64,000 bases of DNA, from contig JAUCBJ010004893.1 of assembly GCA_032718475.1 (NCBI GenBank), positions 206,677-270,676 of the forward strand. The letters are read 5' to 3'. Source of the DNA: Nemertoderma westbladi. Lineage: Eukaryota > Animalia > Xenacoelomorpha. A program made the position numbers and the translations under genes. This document shows, one piece after another, positions 52,213 through 64,000 of this stretch. Below the pieces are notes generated by a model, which worked only from the letters and a program-made list of their open reading frames with translations, searched no databases and had not been told where the DNA came from. Each line of letters begins with the position of its first letter. Positions within the stretch are counted from its first letter, which is position 1.

Positions 52213-55200
52213 CTAACGAGTACACAGACCGCCGCCAGCCCCTAACTAACGAGTACACAGACCGCCGCCAGCCCCTAACTAACGAGTACACAGACCGCCG
52301 CCAGCCCCTAATTAACGAGTACACAGACCGCCGCCAGCCCCTAACTAACGACTACACAGACCGCCTCCAGCCCCTAATTAACGAGTACACAGACCGCCGC
52401 CAGCCCCTAACTAACGAGTACACAGACCGCCTCCAGCCCCTAATTAACGAGTACACAGACCGCCGCCAGCCCCTAACTAACGAGTACACAGACCGCCGTC
52501 AGCCCCTAACTAACGAGTACACAGACCGCCTCCAGCCCCTAACTAACGAGTACACAGACCGCCGTCAGCCTCTAACTAACGAGTACACAGACCGCCGCCA
52601 GCCCCTAACTAACGAGTACACAGACCGCCGCCAGCCCCTAACTAACGAGTACACAGACCGCCGCCAGCCCCCAACTAACGAGTACACAGACCGCCGCCAG
52701 CCCCTAACTAACGAGTACACAGACCGCCTCCAGCCCCTAACTAACGAGTACACAGACCGCCGCCAGCCCCTAACTAACGAGTACACAGACCGCCGCCAGC
52801 CCCTAACTAACGAGTACACAGACCGCCGTCAGCCCCTAACTAACGAGTACACAGACCGCCTCCAGCCCCTAACTAACGAGTACACAGACCGCCTCCAGCC
52901 CCTAACTAACGAGTACACAGACCGCCTCCAGCCCCTAACTAACGAGTACACAGACCGCCTCCAGCCCCTAACTAACGAGTACACAGACCGCCGTCAGCCC
53001 CTAACTAACGAGTACACAGACCGCCTCCAGCCCCTAACTAACGAGTACACAGACCGCCTCCAGCCCCTAACTAACGAGTACACAGACCGCCTCCAGCCCC
53101 TAACTAACGAGTACACAGACCGCCGTCAGCCCCTAACTAACGAGTACACAGACCGCCGCCAGCCCCTAACGAGTACACAGACCGCCTCCAGCCCCTAACT
53201 AACGAGTACACAGACCGCCGTCAGCCTCTAACTAACGAGTACACAGACCGCCTCCAGCCCCTAACTAACGAGTACACAGACCGCCTCCAGCCCCTAACTA
53301 ACGAGTACACAGACCGCCTCCAGCCCCTAACTAACGAGTACACAGACCGCCTCCAGCCCCTAACTAACGAGTACACAGACCGCCTCCAGCCCCTAACTAA
53401 CGAGTACACAGACCGCCGTCAGCCCCTAACTAACGAGTACACAGACCGCCTCCAGCCCCTAACTAACGAGTACACAGACCGCCTCCAGCCCCTAACTAAC
53501 GAGTACACAGACCGCCTCCAGCCCCTAACTAACGAGTACACAGACCGCCGTCAGCCCCTAACTAACGAGTACACAGACCGCCGCCAGCCCCTAACGAGTA
53601 CACAGACCGCCTCCAGCCCCTAACTAACGAGTACACAGACCGCCGTCAGCCTCTAACTAACGAGTACACAGACCGCCTCCAGCCCCTAACTAACGAGTAC
53701 ACAGACCGCCTCCAGCCTCTAACTAACGAGTACACAGACCGCCTCCAGCCCCTAACTAACGAGTACACAGACCGCCGTCAGCCCCTAACTAACGAGTACA
53801 CAGACCGCCTCCAGCCCCTAACTAACGAGTACACAGACCGCCGCCAGCCCCTAACTAACGAGTACACAGACCGCCGCCAGCCCCTAACTAACGAGTACAC
53901 AGACCGCCGCCAGCCCCTAACTAACGAGTACACAGACCGCCGCCAGCCCCTAACTAACGAGTACACAGACCGCCTCCAGCCCCTAACTAACGAGTACACA
54001 GACCGCCTCCAGCCCCTAACTAACGAGTACACAGACCGCCGCCAGCCCCTAACTAACGAGTACACAGACCGCCTCCAGCCCCTAACTAACGAGTACACAG
54101 ACCGCCGTCCAGCCCCTAACTAACGAGTACACAGACCGCCTCCAGCCCCTAACTAACGAGTACACAGACCGCCGTCCAGCCCCTAACTAACGAGTACACA
54201 GACCGCCGCCAGCCCCTAACTAACGAGTACACAGACCGCCGCCAGCCCCTAACTAACGAGTACACAGACCGCCTCCAGCCCCTAACTAACGAGTACACAG
54301 ACCGCCTCCAGCCCCTAACTAACGAGTACACAGACCGCCGTCAGCCCCTAACTAACGAGTACACAGACCGCCGTCAGCCCCTAACTAACGAGTACACAGA
54401 CCGCCGTCAGCCCCTAACTAACGAGTACACAGACCGCCTCCAGCCCCTAACTAACGAGTACACAGACCGCCGTCAGCCCCTAACTAACGAGTACACAGAC
54501 CGCCGTCAGCCCCTAACTAACGAGTACACAGACCGCCGCCAGCCCCTAACTAACGAGTACACAGACCGCCTCCAGCCCCTAACTAACGAGTACACAGACC
54601 GCCGCCAGCCCCTAACTAACGAGTACACAGACCGCCGTCAGCCCCTAACTAACGAGTACACAGACCGCCGTCAGCCCCTAACTAACGAGTACACAGACCG
54701 CCGTCAGCCCCTAACTAACGAGTACACAGACCGCCTCCAGCCCCTAACTAACGAGTACACAGACCGCCTCCAGCCCCTAACTAACGAGTACACAGACCGC
54801 CGCCAGCCCCTAACTAACGAGTACACAGACCGCCGCCAGCCCCTAACTAACGAGTACACAGACCGCCTCCAGCCCCTAACTAACGAGTACACAGACCGCC
54901 GCCAGCCCCTAACTAACGAGTACACAGACCGCCTCCAGCCCCTAACGAGTACACAGACCGCCGCCAGCCCCTAACTAACGAGTACACAGACCGCCGCCAG
55001 CCCCTAACTAACGAGTACACAGACCGCCTCCAGCCCCTAACTAACGAGTACACAGACCGCCGCCAGCCCCTAACTAACGAGTACACAGACCGCCGTCCAG
55101 CCCCTAACTAACGAGTACACAGACCGCCGTCAGCCCCTAACTAACGAGTACACAGACCGCCGTCAGCCCCTAACTAACGAGTACACAGACCGCCTCCAGC

Positions 55201-58200
55201 CCCTAACTAACGAGTACACAGACCGCCGCCAGCCCCTAACTAACGAGTACACAGACCGCCGCCAGCCCCTAACTAACGAGTACACAGACCGCCGCCAGCC
55301 CCTAACGAGTACACAGACCGCCGCCAGCCCCTAACTAACGAGTACACAGACCGCCGCCAGCCCCTAACTAACGAGTACACAGACCGCCGCCAGCCCCTAA
55401 CTAACGAGTACACAGACCGCCTCCAGCCCCTAACTAACGAGTACACAGACCGCCGTCAGCCCCTAACTAACGAGTACACAGACCGCCTCCAGCCCCTAAC
55501 TAACGAGTACACAGACCGCCTCCAGCCCCTAACTAACGAGTACACAGACCGCCTCCAGCCCCTAACTAACGAGTACACAGACCGCCGCCAGCCCCTAACT
55601 AACGAGTACACAGACCGCCGTCCAGCCCCTAACTAACGAGTACACAGACCGCCTCCAGCCCCTAACTAACGAGTACACAGACCGCCTCCAGCCCCTAACT
55701 AACGAGTACACAGACCGCCTCCAGCCCCTAACTAACGAGTACACAGACCGCCGTCAGCCCCTAACTAACGAGTACACAGACCGCCTCCAGCCCCTAACTA
55801 ACGAGTACACAGACCGCCTCCAGCCCCTAACTAACGAGTACACAGACCGCCTCCAGCCCCTAACTAACGAGTACACAGACCGCCGTCAGCCCCTAACTAA
55901 CGAGTACACAGACCGCCGCCAGCCCCTAACTAACGAGTACACAGACCGCCGTCAGCCCCTAACGAGTACACAGACCGCCTCCAGCCCCTAACTAACGAGT
56001 ACACAGACCGCCGTCAGCCCCTAACTAACGAGTACACAGACCGCCTCCAGCCCCTAACTAACGAGTACACAGACCGCCTCCAGCCCCTAACTAACGAGTA
56101 CACAGACCGCCGTCCAGCCCCTAACTAACGAGTACACAGACCGCCGCCAGCCCCTAACTAACGAGTACACAGACCGCCGTCAGCCCCTAACTAACGAGTA
56201 CACAGACCGCCTCCAGCCCCTAACTAACGAGTACACAGACCGCCTCCAGCCCCTAACTAACGAGTACACAGACCGCCGTCAGCCCCTAACGAGTACACAG
56301 ACCGCCTCCAGCCCCTAACTAACGAGTACACAGACCGCCGCCAGCCCCTAACTAACGAGTACACAGACCGCCGTCCAGCCCCACTAACGAGTACACAGAC
56401 CGCCTCCAGCCCCTAACTAACGAGTACACAGACCGCCGTCAGCCCCTAACTAACGAGTACACAGACCGCCTCCAGCCCCTAACTAACGAGTACACAGACC
56501 GCCTCCAGCCCCTAACTAACGAGTACACAGACCGCCTCCAGCCCCTAACTAACGAGTACACAGACCGCCGTCAGCCCCTAACTAACGAGTACACAGACCG
56601 CCGCCAGCCCCTAACTAACGAGTACACAGACCGCCGCCAGCCCCTAACTAACGAGTACACAGACCGCCGCCAGCCCCTAACTAACGAGTACACAGACCGC
56701 CGCCAGCCCCTAACTAACGAGTACACAGACCGCCTCCAGCCCCTAACTAACGAGTACACAGACCGCCGCCAGCCCCTAACTAACGAGTACACAGACCGCC
56801 GCCAGCCCCTAACTAACGAGTACACAGACCGCCGCCAGCCCCTAACTAACGAGTACACAGACCGCCGTCAGCCCCTAACTAACGAGTACACAGACCGCCG
56901 CCAGCCCCTAACTAACGAGTACACAGACCGCCTCCAGCCCCTAACTAACGAGTACACAGACCGCCGCCAGCCCCTAACTAACGAGTACACAGACCGCCGC
57001 CAGCCCCTAACTAACGAGTACACAGACCGCCTCCAGCCCCTAACTAACGAGTACACAGACCGCCGCCAGCCCCTAACTAACGAGTACACAGACCGCCTCC
57101 AGCCCCTAACTAACGAGTACACAGACCGCCGCCAGCCCCTAACTAACGAGTACACAGACCGCCGCCAGCCCCTAACTAACGAGTACACAGACCGCCGCCA
57201 GCCCCTAACTAACGAGTACACAGACCGCCGTCAGCCCCTAACTAACGAGTACACAGACCGCCGCCAGCCCCTAACTAACGAGTACACAGACCGCCTCCAG
57301 CCCCTAACTAACGAGTACACAGACCGCCTCCAGCCCCTAACTAACGAGTACACAGACCGCCGTCAGCCCCTAACTAACGAGTACACAGACCGCCGCCAGC
57401 CCCTAACTAACGAGTACACAGACCGCCGTCAGCCCCTAACTAACGAGTACACAGACCGCCGTCAGCCCCTAACTAACGAGTACACAGACCGCCTCCAGCC
57501 CCTAACTAACGAGTACACAGACCGCCGTCAGCCCCTAACTAACGAGTACACAGACCGCCGTCAGCCCCTAACTAACGAGTACACAGACCGCCGCCAGCCC
57601 CTAACTAACGAGTACACAGACCGCCTCCAGCCCCTAACTAACGAGTACACAGACCGCCGCCAGCCCCTAACTAACGAGTACACAGACCGCCGTCAGCCCC
57701 TAACTAACGAGTACACAGACCGCCGTCAGCCCCTAACTAACGAGTACACAGACCGCCGTCAGCCCCTAACTAACGAGTACACAGACCGCCTCCAGCCCCT
57801 AACTAACGAGTACACAGACCGCCTCCAGCCCCTAACTAACGAGTACACAGACCGCCGCCAGCCCCTAACTAACGAGTACACAGACCGCCGCCAGCCCCTA
57901 ACTAACGAGTACACAGACCGCCTCCAGCCCCTAACTAACGAGTACACAGACCGCCGCCAGCCCCTAACTAACGAGTACACAGACCGCCTCCAGCCCCTAA
58001 CGAGTACACAGACCGCCGCCAGCCCCTAATTAACGAGTACACAGACCGCCGCCAGCCCCTAACTAACGAGTACACAGACCGCCTCCAGCCCCTAACTAAC
58101 GAGTACACAGACCGCCGCCAGCCCCTAACTAACGAGTACACAGACCGCCGTCAGCCCCTAACTAACGAGTACACAGACCGCCGTCAGCCCCTAACTAACG

Positions 58201-61200
58201 AGTACACAGACCGCCGTCAGCCCCTAACTAACGAGTACACAGACCGCCTCCAGCCCCTAACTAACGAGTACACAGACCGCCGCCAGCCCCTAACTAACGA
58301 GTACACAGACCGCCGCCAGCCCCTAACTAACGAGTACACAGACCGCCGCCAGCCCCTAACGAGTACACAGACCGCCGCCAGCCCCTAACTAACGAGTACA
58401 CAGACCGCCGCCAGCCCCTAACTAACGAGTACACAGACCGCCGCCAGCCCCTAACTAACGAGTACACAGACCGCCGCCAGCCCCTAACTAACGAGTACAC
58501 AGACCGCCGCCAGCCCCTAACTAACGAGTACACAGACCGCCGTCCAGCCCCTAACTAACGAGTACACAGACCGCCGCCAGCCCCTAACTAACGAGTACAC
58601 AGACCGCCGCCAGCCCCTAACGAGTACACAGACCGCCGCCAGCCCCTAACTAACGAGTACACAGACCGCCGTCAGCCCCTAACTAACGAGTACACAGACC
58701 GCCGCCAGCCCCTAACTAACGAGTACACAGACCGCCGCCAGCCCCTAACTAACGAGTACACAGACCGCCGCCAGCCCCTAACTAACGAGTACACAGACCG
58801 CCGTCAGCCCCTAACTAACGAGTACACAGACCGCCGCCAGCCCCTAACTAACGAGTACACAGACCGCCGCCAGCCCCTAACGAGTACACAGACCGCCGCC
58901 AGCCCCTAACTAACGAGTACACAGACCGCCGTCAGCCCCTAACTAACGAGTACACAGACCGCCTCCAGCCCCTAACTAACGAGTACACAGACCGCCTCCA
59001 GCCCCTAACTAACGAGTACACAGACCGCCTCCAGCCCCTAACTAACGAGTACACAGACCGCCGCCAGCCCCTAACTAACGAGTACACAGACCGCCGCCAG
59101 CCCCTAACTAACGAGTACACAGACCGCCGCCAGCCCCTAACTAACGAGTACACAGACCGCCTCCAGCCCCTAACTAACGAGTACACAGACCGCCTCCAGC
59201 CCCTAACTAACGAGTACACAGACCGCCGCCAGCCCCTAACTAACGAGTACACAGACCGCCGTCCAGCCCCTAACTAACGAGTACACAGACCGCCGCCAGC
59301 CCCTAACTAACGAGTACACAGACCGCCGTCCAGCCCCTAACTAACGAGTACACAGACCGCCGTCCAGCCCCTAACTAACGAGTACACAGACCGCCGCCAG
59401 CCCCTAACTAACGAGTACACAGACCGCCTCCAGCCCCTAACTAACGAGTACACAGACCGCCTCCAGCCCCTAACTAACGAGTACACAGACCGCCGCCAGC
59501 CCCTAACTAACGAGTACACAGACCGCCGTCCAGCCCCTAACTAACGAGTACACAGACCGCCGCCAGCCCCTAACTAACGAGTACACAGACCGCCTCCAGC
59601 CCCTAACTAACGAGTACACAGACCGCCGCCAGCCCCTAACTAACGAGTACACAGACCGCCGCCAGCCCCTAACTAACGAGTACACAGACCGCCGCCAGCC
59701 CCTAACTAACGAGTACACAGACCGCCTCCAGCCCCTAACTAACGAGTACACAGACCGCCTCCAGCCCCTAACTAACGAGTACACAGACCGCCTCCAGCCC
59801 CTAACTAACGAGTACACAGACCGCCGCCAGCCCCTAACTAACGAGTACACAGACCGCCTCCAGCCCCTAACTAACGAGTACACAGACCGCCGCCAGCCCC
59901 TAACTAACGAGTACACAGACCGCCGCCAGCCCCTAACTAACGAGTACACAGACCGCCGCCAGCCCCTAACTAACGAGTACACAGACCGCCGCCAGCCCCT
60001 AACTAACGAGTACACAGACCGCCGCCAGCCCCTAACTAACGAGTACACAGACCGCCGCCAGCCCCTAACTAACGAGTACACAGACCGCCGCCAGCCCCTA
60101 ACTAACGAGTACACAGACCGCCTCCAGCCCCTAACTAACGAGTACACAGACCGCCTCCAGCCCCTAACTAACGAGTACACAGACCGCCGTCCAGCCCCTA
60201 ACTAACGAGTACACAGACCGCCTCCAGCCCCTAACTAACGAGTACACAGACCGCCGCCAGCCCCTAACTAACGAGTACACAGACCGCCGCCAGCCCCTAA
60301 CTAACGAGTACACAGACCGCCGCCAGCCCCTAACTAACGAGTACACAGACCGCCGTCCAGCCCCTAACTAACGAGTACACAGACCGCCTCCAGCCCCTAA
60401 CTAACGAGTACACAGACCGCCGCCAGCCCCTAACTAACGAGTACACAGACCGCCGTCAGCCCCTAACTAACGAGTACACAGACCGCCGTCCAGCCCCTAA
60501 CTAACGAGTACACAGACCGCCTCCAGCCCCTAACTAACGAGTACACAGACCGCCGTCAGCCCCTAACTAACGAGTACACAGACCGCCTCCAGCCCCTAAC
60601 TAACGAGTACACAGACCGCCTCCAGCCCCTAACTAACGAGTACACAGACCGCCGTCCAGCCCCTAACTAACGAGTACACAGACCGCCGCCAGCCCCTAAC
60701 TAACGAGTACACAGACCGCCGTCAGCCCCTAACTAACGAGTACACAGACCGCCTCCAGCCCCTAACTAACGAGTACACAGACCGCCTCCAGCCCCTAACT
60801 AACGAGTACACAGACCGCCGTCAGCCCCTACTAACGAGTACACAGACCGCCTCCAGCCCCTAACTAACGAGTACACAGACCGCCGCCAGCCCCTAACTAA
60901 CGAGTACACAGACCGCCGCCAGCCCCTAACGAGTACACAGACCGCCTCCAGCCCCTAACTAACGAGTACACAGACCGCCGTCAGCCCCTAACTAACGAGT
61001 ACACAGACCGCCTCCAGCCCCTAACTAACGAGTACACAGACCGCCTCCAGCCCCTAACTAACGAGTACACAGACCGCCTCCAGCCCCTAACTAACGAGTA
61101 CACAGACCGCCGTCCAGCCCCTAACTAACGAGTACACAGACCGCCTCCAGCCCCTAACTAACGAGTACACAGACCGCCGCCAGCCCCTAACTAACGAGTA

Positions 61201-64000
61201 CACAGACCGCCGCCAGCCCCTAACTAACGAGTACACAGACCGCCGCCAGCCCCTAACTAACGAGTACACAGACCGCCGCCAGCCCCTAACTAACGAGTAC
61301 ACAGACCGCCTCCAGCCCCTAACTAACGAGTACACAGACCGCCGCCAGCCCCTAACTAACGAGTACACAGACCGCCTCCAGCCCCTAACTAACGAGTACA
61401 CAGACCGCCGCCAGCCCCTAACTAACGAGTACACAGACCGCCGCCAGCCCCTAACTAACGAGTACACAGACCGCCGCCAGCCCCTAACTAACGAGTACAC
61501 AGACCGCCGTCCAGCCCCTAACTAACGAGTACACAGACCGCCGCCAGCCCCTAACTAACGAGTACACAGACCGCCTCCAGCCCCTAACTAACGAGTACAC
61601 AGACCGCCGCCAGCCCCTAACTAACGAGTACACAGACCGCCGCCAGCCCCTAACTAACGAGTACACAGACCGCCGTCAGCCCCTAATAACGAGTACACAG
61701 ACCGCCTCCAGCCCCTAACTAACGAGTACACAGACCGCCGTCCAGCCCCTAACTAACGAGTACACAGACCGCCGTCAGCCCCTAACTAACGAGTACACAG
61801 ACCGCCGTCCAGCCCCTAACTAACGAGTACACAGACCGCCGCCAGCCCCTAACTAACGAGTACACAGACCGCCGTCAGCCCCTAACTAACGAGTACACAG
61901 ACCGCCTCCAGCCCCTAACTAACGAGTACACAGACCGCCGTCAGCCCCTAACTAACGAGTACACAGACCGCCTCCAGCCCCTAACTAACGAGTACACAGA
62001 CCGCCGTCCAGCCCCTAACTAACGAGTACACAGACCGCCTCCAGCCCCTAACTAACGAGTACACAGACCGCCGTCAGCCCCTAACTAACGAGTACACAGA
62101 CCGCCGCCAGCCCCTAACTAACGAGTACACAGACCGCCGCCAGCCCCTAACTAACGAGTACACAGACCGCCGCCAGCCCCTAACTAACGAGTACACAGAC
62201 CGCCGCCAGCCCCTAACTAACGAGTACACAGACCGCCGCCAGCCCCTAACTAACGAGTACACAGACCGCCTCCAGCCCCTAACTAACGAGTACACAGACC
62301 GCCGCCAGCCCCTAACTAACGAGTACACAGACCGCCTCCAGCCCCTAACTAACGAGTACACAGACCGCCGCCAGCCCCTAACTAACGAGTACACAGACCG
62401 CCGCCAGCCCCTAACTAACGAGTACACAGACCGCCGCCAGCCCCTAACTAACGAGTACACAGACCGCCGTCAGCCCCTAACTAACGAGTACACAGACCGC
62501 CGCCAGCCCCTAACTAACGAGTACACAGACCGCCTCCAGCCCCTAACTAACGAGTACACAGACCGCCGCCAGCCCCTAACTAACGAGTACACAGACCGCC
62601 GCCAGCCCCTAACTAACGAGTACACAGACCGCCGCCAGCCCCTAACTAACGAGTACACAGACCGCCGCCAGCCCCTAACTAACGAGTACACAGACCGCCG
62701 CCAGCCCCTAACTAACGAGTACACAGACCGCCGCCAGCCCCTAACTAACGAGTACACAGACCGCCGCCAGCCCCTAACTAACGAGTACACAGACCGCCGC
62801 CAGCCCCTAACTAACGAGTACACAGACCGCCGTCCAGCCCCTAACTAACGAGTACACAGACCGCCGCCAGCCCCTAACTAACGAGTACACAGACCGCCGT
62901 CCAGCCCCTAACTAACGAGTACACAGACCGCCTCCAGCCCCTAACTAACGAGTACACAGACCGCCGCCAGCCCCTAACTAACGAGTACACAGACCGCCGC
63001 CAGCCCCTAACTAACGAGTACACAGACCGCCGTCCAGCCCCTAACTAACGAGTACACAGACCGCCGTCCAGCCCCTAACTAACGAGTACACAGACCGCCT
63101 CCAGCCCCTAACTAACGAGTACACAGACCGCCGTCCAGCCCCTAACTAACGAGTACACAGACCGCCGTCCAGCCCCTAACTAACGAGTACACAGACCGCC
63201 GCCAGCCCCTAACTAACGAGTACACAGACCGCCTCCAGCCCCTAACTAACGAGTACACAGACCGCCGCCAGCCCCTAACTAACGAGTACACAGACCGCCG
63301 CCAGCCCCTAACTAACGAGTACACAGACCGCCGTCCAGCCCCTAACTAACGAGTACACAGACCGCCGTCCAGCCCCTAACTAACGAGTACACAGACCGCC
63401 TCCAGCCCCTAACTAACGAGTACACAGACCGCCGCCAGCCCCTAACTAACGAGTACACAGACCGCCGCCAGCCCCTAACTAACGAGTACACAGACCGCCG
63501 CCAGCCCCTAACTAACGAGTACACAGACCGCCTCCAGCCCCTAACTAACGAGTACACAGACCGCCGCCAGCCCCTAACTAACGAGTACACAGACCGCCTC
63601 CAGCCCCTAACTAACGAGTACACAGACCGCCGCCAGCCCCTAACTAACGAGTACACAGACCGCCGCCAGCCCCTAACTAACGAGTACACAGACCGCCTCC
63701 AGCCCCTAACTAACGAGTACACAGACCGCCGCCAGCCCCTAACTAACGAGTACACAGACCGCCGTCAGCCCCTAACTAACGAGTACACAGACCGCCGTCC
63801 AGCCCCTAACTAACGAGTACACAGACCGCCGTCAGCCCCTAACTAACGAGTACACAGACCGCCTCCAGCCCCTAACTAACGAGTACACAGACCGCCGCCA
63901 GCCCCTAACTAACGAGTACACAGACCGCCGCCAGCCCCTAACTAACGAGTACACAGACCGCCGCCAGCCCCTAACTAACGAGTACACAGACCGCCGCCAG
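52181..64000 (+). repeat. 33-bp tandem array (over 350 copies, runs off the window); unit = last 9 codons, stop codon and 3 nt of the CIMIP6-like ORF
   Basis: TAACGAGTACACAGACCGCC(GC/TC/GT)CAGCCCCTAAC; the first copy encodes TSTQTAASP-stop. Confidence 0.95.

Noticed and set aside
52103-63755. Many (VRGWRRSVYSL)n ORFs on the minus strand
   Set aside because: Antisense reading of the 33-bp array; GTG starts, irregularly broken by TGA variants and indels.

Overview
Animal (probably invertebrate) nuclear DNA, more than half of it locus-specific tandem arrays. Genes: COX11 (+, 2 exons), intronless CARNMT1 (-), an intronless secreted protein with about 19 acidic 26-aa repeats (-), a multi-exon otoancorin/stereocilin/mesothelin-family GPI-anchored protein (-, 6 exons well supported, plus a probable signal-peptide exon at 50314-50412), and a divergently oriented C2orf73/CIMIP6-like ciliary gene (+) with an RFX X-box between the pair. 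There are also degraded RTE retroelements, a fold-back MITE-like element, HINE-like elements and a tRNA-like SINE head. Main observation: four arrays, including the three largest, are amplified coding-exon boundaries rather than unrelated satellites. Three (about 123x50 bp, 18x50 bp, about 160x64/79 bp) each repeat an exon 3' end plus its 5' splice donor in the otoancorin-like gene. The fourth (over 350x33 bp) repeats the last codons and stop codon of the CIMIP6-like gene. Short microhomologies mark the unit boundaries. Family names are from motif recognition, not database searches.
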